The notes under the pieces were generated by a model that saw only the letters and a program-made list of their open reading frames with translations, did not search any database and was not told the DNA's origin. Source: a virus (Duplodnaviria > Caudoviricetes). Taken from it: 45,510 nucleotides of DNA. Made by a program: the position numbers and the translations under genes. The stretch covers positions 1 to 45,510 of IMG/VR virus record IMGVR_UViG_3300037722_000182. One strand, written 5' to 3'. Position 1 is the first letter of the stretch, and every line of letters begins with the position of its first letter. Below are positions 1 to 9,517 of this stretch, in pieces.

Positions 1-127
1 CAGTCTGTGCTTCATAACCGCCAATTTGTGCAGCATTTGGACCTTCGAGGATTTTTTCACCAATTACACCCTTCTCAAAATCATCCCACAGAATAACATG
101 TGGTCCTCCACCGTGTCCGGTAACTGG
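1..127. repeat. Terminal 127-bp overlap identical to 45384-45510 (circular assembly overlap)
   Basis: Identical sequence at both ends; a reading frame runs through the junction. Confidence 0.95.
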
Positions 128-247
128 TATGGTGATGATGTTTCCACTGGAAATTGTTCCTGTTATTGTCCCAGGCATAGTAGGAGCTGCATTAGCGCCA
201 CTATAGATGATAAGTAGCAGTGTTAATACTGTTAAGAGATATCTCAT
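1..247 (-). CDS. 5' part of an origin-spanning ~729-aa signal-peptide protein (continues at 45383-43441)
   Basis: ATG at 247 overlaps the upstream TGA (ATGA); MRYLLTVLTLLLIIYSGANA-APT...; the frame stays open across the junction into the 597-aa ORF. Confidence 0.85.
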   Translation of the reverse strand, partial: MRYLLTVLTLLLIIYSGANAAPTMPGTITGTISSGNIITIPVTGHGGGPHVILWDDFEKGVIGEKILEGPNAAQIGGYEAQT

Positions 248-2142
248 TCTGCCGCTCCTCCTTTGAAGTACGGATACGTAACATACGTTCCGGCAGTGTG
301 TTGTGATACTATTCCAATATTTGTCCCGGTATTGCATGGGTTAGTTGGATCACTAGTAAACGTGTAATCAGGTGTTCCTAAATCAGATGGGCCTGTTCCT
401 GTTTTACCCAACCACACACTAAATGTTGTGTCGTTATTGATGCCTGAAACTTGAGCTACAAGCCTAGTTGGTGTAGTAATTGCAGCTATCTCAATATATG
501 TCAACGATGCTTCATTTGTTTCTTTTAAATTTTCAATAAGAGTAGATCCATTATAAACTTTAACCGATAGCCTTGTTATGGTTTCAGAGTACCTATACAA
601 CTGCACCACGTAATAGTTTCCACTGTTGATTGTCGCATGCCTAAGCGCCAATGCATATGTTTGACCGACGACAGGGGTAGCAAGTGTAATAGTATCTGCC
701 CATTGGCACTCAACGCCAATTGATGATGATGACCTCAATAATCTGTAATAAGGTGACGTGGTCCCGGCGTTTCTAACTCCACCCCCGCCAATCTCAAAAG
801 TACTTATATCTTGATAAAAATCAGTCAGGTCAGTAAATGTTTTATCAACAACTACAGTACTAGGAGTAGAACATGCTCCCGAAGGAGGAACATAGGTAGA
901 TTGATTATCTATAAGTTTGCTTGTTCCAGTAATTGAAAGCAACTCCGCTCCTGTATCTACTGACTTAATACCGTCCCCTACTTGAGCGTACCTTAAATAA
1001 CACACATCATCTTGTTCGATAGGTGAAGCGAAGTCGTATAATAAATTCTTCCCACCTGAACCGGATGCGTAAGTAGGTTCTATGCTCGCCCCCTTAATAG
1101 CGCAGTCAACAAATACGTTACCGCTTCCTGCCGTTCCAAACTCAAGGCTCATAAGAGAGGACAAAGTTATACCTTCACCTGTGCTATCTATGACAACTGT
1201 TGATAGTGTCGGATTTAAGATTGTACCCGATAGATTGTTTATTTGGTTTTGAAGGTCAACAAGTTTCTCCGCTATGTTTATGTCTATATTGTTTAGATAC
1301 GCTATCTCGGTTGCGGTTATAGTAGCTGGAAAATCTGTTATATCTGCCAATGCGATAGTTCTACTTATAGCTTCAGATATAGCATTGAAAGCAATCTCAA
1401 CCCCATTCTGATATAGAAATAGTTCGCCGTCATACCCTTGTACACCATATAAGCCGGTATAGTCTTTTTTAACTGTTACGTTTGGATTTATGACTATTCC
1501 CCTCTCACCATCAGCAGCCGCTGTGGTTACACTTCCTGTAGTAGTTACGTTACCCGCTACATCTTCAGTCATAGAAGAAGTCTTTATTAGCGCTCCGGTG
1601 GTCCCATCGAACTTAGCAAACTGATTATCTACAGATGCAACAGGGCCTACAACTGTTCCATCCCCCGATCCTATCTCCCACCCAACTTCAGCTTCAAACT
1701 TTGCCTGAGTGTTTATGTCTGGTATACGGACAAGATTAGAATCAATAGGCTCGTACAGTGAGTTGGTGGTAGTTAGAGTTATAAAACCTGAATCATTCGT
1801 AAGCTGAGATAACGCATATGGAACTACCTTCGCAGTATTAAGCACAATGGCTTGTGCCTGTGCAGGAGTAATTCCTACTTTAGCATTGTTAGTTACTATG
1901 TCGGCAGCTTGTTGTGAAGTTATACCAACCTTCGCAGTATTAACCGAAATTACTGCGTCTTGTGCTAAGTCTTTCTGTTGAAGATCGTTAAAGTTGAAGT
2001 TTAAGATGTTGCGCACAGTACCCGCTTTAACTGAACCATCAGGCGCACCTGCGGGGACCTCTACTACCGCTGCATAACTGTTGCAAAACAAAAACAAAAC
2101 TACAACTAACATGTTAGTTACAACTCTACCAATACTCTTCAT
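244..2142 (-). CDS. ~632-aa tail-fibre/adhesin-like protein with an N-terminal signal-peptide-like segment
   Basis: Likely start 2142 (ATGA overlap); MKSIGRVVTNMLVVVLFLFCNSYA; fibre-type motifs NTAKVGIT repeats, SQLTNDSGFIT, GDGTVVGPVASVDNQFAKFDGTTG; beta-rich C-terminus. Confidence 0.6.
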   Translation of the reverse strand: MKSIGRVVTNMLVVVLFLFCNSYAAVVEVPAGAPDGSVKAGTVRNILNFNFNDLQQKDLAQDAVISVNTAKVGITSQQAADIVTNNAKVGITPAQAQAIVLNTAKVVPYALSQLTNDSGFITLTTTNSLYEPIDSNLVRIPDINTQAKFEAEVGWEIGSGDGTVVGPVASVDNQFAKFDGTTGALIKTSSMTEDVAGNVTTTGSVTTAAADGERGIVINPNVTVKKDYTGLYGVQGYDGELFLYQNGVEIAFNAISEAISRTIALADITDFPATITATEIAYLNNIDINIAEKLVDLQNQINNLSGTILNPTLSTVVIDSTGEGITLSSLMSLEFGTAGSGNVFVDCAIKGASIEPTYASGSGGKNLLYDFASPIEQDDVCYLRYAQVGDGIKSVDTGAELLSITGTSKLIDNQSTYVPPSGACSTPSTVVVDKTFTDLTDFYQDISTFEIGGGGVRNAGTTSPYYRLLRSSSSIGVECQWADTITLATPVVGQTYALALRHATINSGNYYVVQLYRYSETITRLSVKVYNGSTLIENLKETNEASLTYIEIAAITTPTRLVAQVSGINNDTTFSVWLGKTGTGPSDLGTPDYTFTSDPTNPCNTGTNIGIVSQHTAGTYVTYPYFKGGAAE

Positions 2143-2585
2143 ATTCCGTCCTCCGGCCATGCTTGATCGTCTGTGAACCATGCGTCATCGTCTTCAGGCC
2201 AATACCCTGTATCGGATAATGTTGAACCTGCACTTAAAAAAGACAATCTGACCCAAGGCGAAAACCTCTCAGTATCTTCTATTCTAACCCATACATCTTG
2301 TAACTGATACCCGTAAAGCACTTCTTGGGAGATGTACTCCCCATCATCTCTATCTACATATCTGATAGGTTCGTTGTACCCTACGTGCCCTTTCCTCCTA
2401 TGAAGAACTTGAACTATTTGTCCAGGGTATGAAGAGGTTGTATCCCAAGATAGCGTAAACCTATTTGTACTGGTAGCTATATGTATCATAGTAAGAGGCT
2501 CAAAATCATCTTCATACCTCGGAGGTAATGGAGGACCATTAGAAACTAAGCTACATGCTCCGTCTGCTAAAAGTTCACATGCCAT
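2139..2585 (-). CDS. Hypothetical protein, possible FN3/Ig-like fold, in the tail region
   Basis: 148-aa ORF tightly coupled to its neighbours; FTLSWD...VWVRIED...SPW pattern. Confidence 0.55.
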   Translation of the reverse strand: MACELLADGACSLVSNGPPLPPRYEDDFEPLTMIHIATSTNRFTLSWDTTSSYPGQIVQVLHRRKGHVGYNEPIRYVDRDDGEYISQEVLYGYQLQDVWVRIEDTERFSPWVRLSFLSAGSTLSDTGYWPEDDDAWFTDDQAWPEDGI

Positions 2586-2587
2586 AG

Positions 2588-2995
2588 TTATGCCCTCTGT
2601 ACCTGTTGACCTGCTTCTCTGCTCATTAACTTTGTAATCGCGTCTTGACGGTCCTTGTGAAACACCAAACCGTCAAGTACGATAGGAAGCAATAACGTTC
2701 TATCATTTTCAAGATGAAAGTAACGAAAACCCTCGGCTACCCCATCGCCAACACATGTAAGAGTTTTCCAACGTCCACCGGTAACTTTATACTCCACGGT
2801 ATAAGGGTCAAGAGGTTCAACCGTATTACGATTTCCGTATATCAGAACCTCTGAATTTTTTGTTATGTGAATCAGTCTATCATCTTTTGTGTGAAGTACG
2901 TGCATCAAAGGTTGGCTAACCTCACCTACTGATTCTATAGTCGTCCAGAACCATTTGCCTACTACCCTATACTTTAGCTTACAAGATTTCTTCAT
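2588..2995 (-). CDS. Hypothetical protein with an internal domain duplication, downstream of the tail fibre
   Basis: Likely start 2995 (TAATG overlap); KLKYRVVGKWFWTTIESVGE resembles TVEYKVTGGRWKTLTCVGD. Confidence 0.6.
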   Translation of the reverse strand: MKKSCKLKYRVVGKWFWTTIESVGEVSQPLMHVLHTKDDRLIHITKNSEVLIYGNRNTVEPLDPYTVEYKVTGGRWKTLTCVGDGVAEGFRYFHLENDRTLLLPIVLDGLVFHKDRQDAITKLMSREAGQQVQRA

Positions 2996-4473
2996 TATAT
3001 CACCTTTTCTATATACCAGCAAGATAAAAATCTTGGCCTATTCTCCGCATAAGTAGCTGCACCTGTGTTAGGTGTAGAAGCTACACCTGAATCTACAACT
3101 GATGGCCCCGCACTGTTCGCCGCACTGGAACTTCCTGAATTAGCTGCGCTCGAGCCCCCCGTAGCTCCGTGATTATGGGAACTCCCGCTTCCAGCCGCAG
3201 TGGTACTTTTCGCAGAGCTACTCGTAAAACCGTAGTGTCCGTAAAAATCGCCTGACTCATATATACTAGCTACTCCGTCTGTTGAATTGTACCCATGTGT
3301 ATGTGAGGGAATCTGTGCAGTAGTTAAGGTCAACGATCCGGTAGTATGTGTATGCACAATAGTATGTGTATGAGGGATAGCGTGTAAATGATAGATATCA
3401 TGGTCATGCTGCATACCATGGTAGTGTTCCATGGTGTTATTTCCACCGATAGCCCCTGCTGAACTGCTGCCCTGTATGTACCTATTATCAGTAAGGTTAG
3501 CTAGATACCTACCTGTACCTTCATACACAGGAGAACCTGTTACATTACAAGCCGCCCCGTTGCAAACGTACCATCCCGAAGTATTTATTCGTGTATTAAT
3601 AGTTGTAGCATCATTTCCTATAACGTTGGTAAAGCCCCCGTTAGAAGCGTTAGTGAAATAACCCCCTTTGAAGGCTATTATAGCCCCTACGGGAACAAAG
3701 TCACTTGCCACACCTAAAGCTATCTGAGCATTTTCATAAGCTGAAGCTGCGCAGTTTGCTGTATTCTGTGCATTCTCTGCCGTGTTCGCTTCAGCTATAG
3801 CGCAAGACTGCTCGTTAGCAATAGTTATGTCTCTTGCCTCCTCCACTATCTGACGAGTTTCGATAGTAGAAGCTAAAGCTTCCTCTGCTGCCGCTTGTGC
3901 AGCTACCGCTAAGTCTTTTATCTGCGTTACCGTGTCAACGTCAAGGGCAAGAATCCAATAGCCTAAGGCTAGATCGGCAGCAAAAGTAGCTCCCGCAGTG
4001 TGGGCTATCTGACAAAGATACCAGTTACCATTCTCCAAAGATACCAAGTCACGTATTACATACCGTGCGCCAGACGCCCAAAGACCCTTCCAGTTGCTTA
4101 TAGATAAAACGTCATCGAAGCTTGCGTTTATCTGCTGGATCATCATAACAATCCGATCTTGTGACTTCTCCAACAACTCCATATCCATATCATCGGAGTT
4201 TACCCAATCGACATTTTGCTCAAGGAACAGCTTACGCTTTATATACAGCGTTCCGGTAGTACCATACGCAGTAGAAGCCACGGTAACGCTACCCCCTACT
4301 TCAGGGGCCAAAGTGGTAGCCGTGAAGTCGGTAGTCGGTAATTGAGTCGGAATACCGTTTGTATCTACGTGGGTAATTTCCATATTGTCTGTATCGTACA
4401 ATAGGAAATCAAAACTATACACGCCGGGGCCGGTATATAATCGGGAAACAAGGGGTGTTACATCGGTTAGCAT
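2995..4473 (-). CDS. Tail fibre protein
   Basis: T7 gp17-like N-terminal adaptor (YSFDFLLYD...LEKSQDRIVMMIQQ), coiled coil, collar-like VPVGAIIAF..GWYVCNG, HxH repeats, ENRPRF C-terminus. Confidence 0.85.
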   Translation of the reverse strand: MLTDVTPLVSRLYTGPGVYSFDFLLYDTDNMEITHVDTNGIPTQLPTTDFTATTLAPEVGGSVTVASTAYGTTGTLYIKRKLFLEQNVDWVNSDDMDMELLEKSQDRIVMMIQQINASFDDVLSISNWKGLWASGARYVIRDLVSLENGNWYLCQIAHTAGATFAADLALGYWILALDVDTVTQIKDLAVAAQAAAEEALASTIETRQIVEEARDITIANEQSCAIAEANTAENAQNTANCAASAYENAQIALGVASDFVPVGAIIAFKGGYFTNASNGGFTNVIGNDATTINTRINTSGWYVCNGAACNVTGSPVYEGTGRYLANLTDNRYIQGSSSAGAIGGNNTMEHYHGMQHDHDIYHLHAIPHTHTIVHTHTTGSLTLTTAQIPSHTHGYNSTDGVASIYESGDFYGHYGFTSSSAKSTTAAGSGSSHNHGATGGSSAANSGSSSAANSAGPSVVDSGVASTPNTGAATYAENRPRFLSCWYIEKVI

Positions 4474-4501
4474 TTGTTTATCTCCTTAACTAACGTGTTA
4501 G

Positions 4502-7500
4502 TTACTCTGCATCGGGATTCTGTGAAAAAATAGCACCTGCCATGTCTCCTTCTACAACGTTCTGAGCCGTCCTTGTGAACCTCTGAACAGGTATACCGTG
4601 TCCGGTAAACACTGTAACAGCTTGTAACGCCGCTGCGTAATCGTCCAAATCAAGCTCTTTATCTTTGGTAAATTTCTCAGCTATCTTCTCTATGTCGCTT
4701 ACGGTATCTGCAAAAGTTCCATCTAACTCGTAGCGTCTTAACCCTAACGCTCTCCTGAAAGCTTCAGTAACTACCGTTCCGACTGCGTAGGTAGCACCGA
4801 AAGGGCCAAGCATAACTGCTATTAACTGAGTCTTTAACTTATCCCCGTCATTCCCACCTGATATAGCGTTACCTACCGCAGCGAAGATAGAAGGGACTAA
4901 AATGTGGTAGATAAATATAGTCTTAGCAAATTGCTTCTTGGTTATCTTACCCGCCGCTAAGTCTCTAACAGCTTCTATTTCCTGACGTAAAGCTTGTACT
5001 GGTCCAGTAGAATACATAGTAAGAAGCTGTGCCGCTGAACCCCCTCTCTGTATAGCCGACAGCTCTTGCATTGTTCCGGATTGCTGCGTTTTCTCAGATA
5101 ACTCGAACGCTTTTTGAAGCGCCTCTTTAGTGGTATACGTTTTCCCGGTATCCGGGTTTACCTGAGTGCGTAGATGCTCTTTCATTATCCAACTTCCTTG
5201 AGCTATCGCCAGAGCATCACCAATTTGTACGTTAAGGGTAAGCAGATTAGACAAAACAGGGTTAAGCTTAAACTTGCTATAATCAGAAGAAGCCGTAGCC
5301 TGTTTCAAATCTCGGTCAATTAGATTCTTCCTGTTTTGTAAGTAGTTCGTTTTAAACATCTCTTCTACATGCTTAACCGGATTAGTCCAGAATTTTAAAG
5401 TACCCTTCATAAACGCTGTAGCGGGCATATGCTGCCAGTACTGAACACCTGAAATCTGCTGCTTGAAGAAGACGCTGGTAGAAGCCCCAATAGATGAACG
5501 TACAAATGCGCTTCTAAACCTATCCATTAAAGGAAACTGAGTAGCAGTAACTATCCCATCTGCCAAAACATCGTCAAGTGCGGAGGTTATGTTGCGATAA
5601 AGCTCCGGGCTATACTCTATCTCTATTGCTCTGCGTATGTCTTTATCATCTAGCACCATCTTTGCCAAACGTCCTTGTTCTGCGAACGCTTTGAAGTGAG
5701 CCATTTCCTCCACGTAAGACGAGTACAAAGATAAATCGCCTTGGAAATGTAGCTGATACCTTTCAGCGTTCTTCACCCTCTCCTTTATACTCTTAGCCGA
5801 CAAAGGCGTTTTTCGTATTGAGTCATCGTGATTAAACTGAGTATACTTGTTAGCGTTATCCAACCTCTCATTCAGGTCAAGGTAATGCTTAGAACGTATC
5901 GGAACATAGTTCTCTACTCGGTTAAGAGGAACCCCAAACACCCTTTCGTACACTTCATTTACGCTGTTGTACTGATCGCCCGAATTAAAGTACCCCTTCA
6001 GCATTTCAGCAAAAGCTATGTCCTCATTAGATAACGTGTTTTCTAAATTGGCAAGTATATCTTCGTAAGCTCTGGTAGCGTCACCAACCGCAGCGAGAAT
6101 TTCCTCGTCAGTCATTTTATCATTTACCTTACTTCGTAGATCGGTAAACATGTTAACTAACCTGTTAGTTAGCTTTTCGTCTTGCGCATACATCCATATC
6201 TGACGAAGCTCGCTTTTGGAAAACAAAACTCCTGCACCAATATCGTGTACTCTCTGTGAGTCTTCTTTCCACTTGCCGTACATCTTATAAGAACTGTTTA
6301 TACCAAAAGCTTCTTGGTACATAGCTATCATCTTATTCTGTTCGTTGCGTACTTCCGTAGACTTATTCTGTTTTGCCTGAAAGAAGTTAGTTATCTTGGA
6401 TAACTTTGAGTCCACTAAAGGAGAGTAGCTTGAGGCTATCTTTACCAGCCCACCTAACCCAAAGATATACTTCTCTCCTATTGTTCCTGTGGCTATTCTT
6501 TCTTTCAAAGACTTTTGCTTCTGTCTTTCTTTATGTAAACGGTTAGTGTCCTCTATAGGGGAATCAACTAAATTACCACCGTTTATCTCATGGATCAAGT
6601 CACCTTTAGCCTGATCTATGGCGGCTTTTACCCGCATAACCGGAGAGTTCTTTGTCTCTCCTGCTAGGAGGGCTTTAATGTCATCGTTCAAATGACTGAG
6701 AGTTTTTAACCCAAAGATGTTACGTGATACTGCACCATCTAAGAAACGGTTTATTATGTAGTCTACTTCATTGGTAACAAAGTCGTGGAGAAAGAACCCT
6801 TCTCCTAAACGTTCATCATACAGTTTCCGTATCTTCTTATCCGTATTTGCATTACCCAATACTTCGTAAACTTTACGTAGCATCGTAGCTAACTCAGGAT
6901 TTATACGTACTTGTGCTTTGCCGCTTGCAGTAGAAGGTTGACCACGTTTAAGCTTCTTGAGTATACTCTTACGCATAGCTTTGTGCTTTCTCTGCGTAGC
7001 GAACCTGTTTCTCTCTCTTGCTAAAAAAGCTTTCATGTGGTCCCTCGCTATCTTGTATCCGTGTAAATCCCCGGCATCAAACATTTGTCTCATGGATTTT
7101 ATGAGTGCTTTAGCGTGTTCCCTTGCAACCTGACTTTCAGTTAATCCTTTTGTAGCTTTCCCCGCCGTATCTGTATAATAAGAGTTCAGTGCTCTTTGCG
7201 CAGCCTCACGCTGTTTCTTCAGGCGTAACGCCTCCTCTTCTATGGTGTCCTCTTCACGCCGCTTCTGATTCAGAACATCGTTCTGCTCGCCTTGTGCCTC
7301 TAACCCTTCTTTCGTTCTAATAACCGGAGCTGTCTGCGCTGCTTGGTAGGCTTGTTGTACGTCCTCTGGAAGTAAAGAAGTAGTGAAAAAGCTTACACCC
7401 TCTTTATCTTTAAAGTAGTGTTTACCTGCCGTGTCCACTATGTAATCTAAGTCGGCACTTATGCTCTTTGCTACCTTAGTTCCCTCTTCTTTACTTTGGG

Positions 7501-9517
7501 TAAGTTCGTTTCGATATACTTCTTTATCTGATAACCCTTTAAATTGTGGATAAGACACCGAGTTGTTTGAAGCAACTTCTTTACGAACCAACAAGCTATC
7601 ATAGACCTTTACCATTTTAGGAGGTATGGCTACATCTATATCCGAACCACGGATAGCTTTATATATGCCAATAAGCCAAGAATGTAGTTTACCAAAAAGA
7701 GTTTCAAGTTTTTGCGTAGGCGCTTTTCCGGTAGACATATAGTTCTCCCACCCTCTAGCAAACTTCTCTTCCGCTTGAACGTCCCACTTAGACCCTTTCT
7801 CCATGCCGACAAACTCATCGGCTATAGCCGCCATATCACCTTGAAGGTCACGACGAAAAACGTGTCCTAGTTCATGTATAACTGAAGAGAGGTCGCCATT
7901 ACTAAAAGCGCTTATTATAATTCTATTATCTTCTGTGAAGGTTACGTAGGAATTTCTCTCCTGATCTTCTACTCCGAGATTCTCGAACTCAAGACCCTTC
8001 TGCTCTATATACTTGGTAGTGGTTACTCCCATAGCTTGCGCTCTGGCCCCTACTATCTCTTCAATGGCATTGAACTGTTCGTCGTCTTGAAGGAAGTCTG
8101 ATAAACCTACGAAGAAGTTAGCCGCCTTATCATCTAAGGAGTTATACAACCTGTTATCTAAGTCATCTATAGCTGAGTCTAAATCTTCATCAGCCACTAT
8201 GATAAGGTCGTCTATATCTCCGTCTTTTACGTCTGTTCCTTTGATTATCGAATCGTTCCTTACCCTGCTTACTTCGGCTTGAGCTATAGGTGCGCCTTTA
8301 ACTAACGTGTTAGTTACCTCGTCAGTAATATCGGCCAATGGTTTATCCGAGTTTTCTTTTACTATCGTGTTGTTCTGCTGTACCTGATACTGGTTGTCGG
8401 CTTCTATAGACGCAACTACCTGCGCTTGTTTCTTATCTTTCAGGAAACGTTGGGTCTCGACAGGTATCTTCACAAGAGTAGAAGGGGTCATCATACCACC
8501 TGACGCAAGTATACCTTGTCGTGCCGCTTTCTTCGCTTCCACGTAGTCCAGCACATCGTCAAGAGTTTCAGTAAACTCTGAACCCTTCACTTCTGCAAAC
8601 TTCTTTCTTGCCATGTGTCCAGTTACTTGCTCTACGATTGTCTGCGCCCACTCGGTAGCACCTTCACCCGCTATGGAAGTAATACGTTCGGCAACCGTAG
8701 CTGATACTCCTACGGCACTTATGAGTACGCCTATATCCCCAACCGTTTCAAGAGCGGCATAAGCGTAGGCCATTTTAGCCGCCATAGGTGCAGCTATAGC
8801 AAGAGGTATTGGTTCCTTCCCTTCAGCGGGTTTTAACATCTGAAACATCAACTCGCCTTTACCCATATTGTATGAAGCCTCATACATACGTGCAGGAACG
8901 CCTACTTTAAAACCTACCCCTGCACCTAGGACCATTCCACCTGTTACTGTTATAGGTGAAGCTATCTCTCCGGTAGGTGCGGCCATTGCGATACCTGCCA
9001 AAGCGCCCACCCCCGCTCCTGAAAGTACGTCCTTGGTAACACCAGGAGCCGCTTCAGTGAGCATAGTTTTCATAGTACCAACACCTTCTGCGGTAGCTCT
9101 GGCTACTTCATGCAGTATGCCGTTGTCCGGGTATTCCAAAGGAAGCTCTGCTCTCTTCTTCAACGCCTCATCGTACAGTACCCCCGCTTCTTCTAAGTAA
9201 TCGGTATCTTCAGCGGAGTTCACATTAGACATAACTAGGTTAGCTCTTGACATTTTCTCCATATAGTCATAGTGAACGCCCATTACTTCTAAAATAGAAG
9301 CCCTTTTACCTCTGTGAACAGGATCACTTTGGGCAATCATATCTTTGAACACCCTATCTCCGGGAGTAGATTTAGGGTCGAAGATAGTATCCGTTGTAGC
9401 TGCCTCTACTGCGGCTTGGCGTATCTCTTCATCCGAATATGTACCTATAGGCGCACCCGTTCGCTGGTCGGTATTATCAACTTGCGGTAATGGGTTAACT
9501 AACGTGTTAGTTGTCAT
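4502..9517 (-). CDS. Large internal virion (ejection) protein with a zincin-like HExxH motif
   Basis: 1671 aa at the position of T7 gp16; VIHELGHVF...EEKFARGWENY. Confidence 0.7.
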   Translation of the reverse strand: MTTNTLVNPLPQVDNTDQRTGAPIGTYSDEEIRQAAVEAATTDTIFDPKSTPGDRVFKDMIAQSDPVHRGKRASILEVMGVHYDYMEKMSRANLVMSNVNSAEDTDYLEEAGVLYDEALKKRAELPLEYPDNGILHEVARATAEGVGTMKTMLTEAAPGVTKDVLSGAGVGALAGIAMAAPTGEIASPITVTGGMVLGAGVGFKVGVPARMYEASYNMGKGELMFQMLKPAEGKEPIPLAIAAPMAAKMAYAYAALETVGDIGVLISAVGVSATVAERITSIAGEGATEWAQTIVEQVTGHMARKKFAEVKGSEFTETLDDVLDYVEAKKAARQGILASGGMMTPSTLVKIPVETQRFLKDKKQAQVVASIEADNQYQVQQNNTIVKENSDKPLADITDEVTNTLVKGAPIAQAEVSRVRNDSIIKGTDVKDGDIDDLIIVADEDLDSAIDDLDNRLYNSLDDKAANFFVGLSDFLQDDEQFNAIEEIVGARAQAMGVTTTKYIEQKGLEFENLGVEDQERNSYVTFTEDNRIIISAFSNGDLSSVIHELGHVFRRDLQGDMAAIADEFVGMEKGSKWDVQAEEKFARGWENYMSTGKAPTQKLETLFGKLHSWLIGIYKAIRGSDIDVAIPPKMVKVYDSLLVRKEVASNNSVSYPQFKGLSDKEVYRNELTQSKEEGTKVAKSISADLDYIVDTAGKHYFKDKEGVSFFTTSLLPEDVQQAYQAAQTAPVIRTKEGLEAQGEQNDVLNQKRREEDTIEEEALRLKKQREAAQRALNSYYTDTAGKATKGLTESQVAREHAKALIKSMRQMFDAGDLHGYKIARDHMKAFLARERNRFATQRKHKAMRKSILKKLKRGQPSTASGKAQVRINPELATMLRKVYEVLGNANTDKKIRKLYDERLGEGFFLHDFVTNEVDYIINRFLDGAVSRNIFGLKTLSHLNDDIKALLAGETKNSPVMRVKAAIDQAKGDLIHEINGGNLVDSPIEDTNRLHKERQKQKSLKERIATGTIGEKYIFGLGGLVKIASSYSPLVDSKLSKITNFFQAKQNKSTEVRNEQNKMIAMYQEAFGINSSYKMYGKWKEDSQRVHDIGAGVLFSKSELRQIWMYAQDEKLTNRLVNMFTDLRSKVNDKMTDEEILAAVGDATRAYEDILANLENTLSNEDIAFAEMLKGYFNSGDQYNSVNEVYERVFGVPLNRVENYVPIRSKHYLDLNERLDNANKYTQFNHDDSIRKTPLSAKSIKERVKNAERYQLHFQGDLSLYSSYVEEMAHFKAFAEQGRLAKMVLDDKDIRRAIEIEYSPELYRNITSALDDVLADGIVTATQFPLMDRFRSAFVRSSIGASTSVFFKQQISGVQYWQHMPATAFMKGTLKFWTNPVKHVEEMFKTNYLQNRKNLIDRDLKQATASSDYSKFKLNPVLSNLLTLNVQIGDALAIAQGSWIMKEHLRTQVNPDTGKTYTTKEALQKAFELSEKTQQSGTMQELSAIQRGGSAAQLLTMYSTGPVQALRQEIEAVRDLAAGKITKKQFAKTIFIYHILVPSIFAAVGNAISGGNDGDKLKTQLIAVMLGPFGATYAVGTVVTEAFRRALGLRRYELDGTFADTVSDIEKIAEKFTKDKELDLDDYAAALQAVTVFTGHGIPVQRFTRTAQNVVEGDMAGAIFSQNPDAE

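Noticed and set aside
1-127. Biological direct terminal repeat
   Set aside because: Length matches a common assembler k-mer and it falls in the middle of a gene
2995-4473. Diversity-generating retroelement as in BPP-1
   Set aside because: No reverse transcriptase and no TR/VR repeat pair seen
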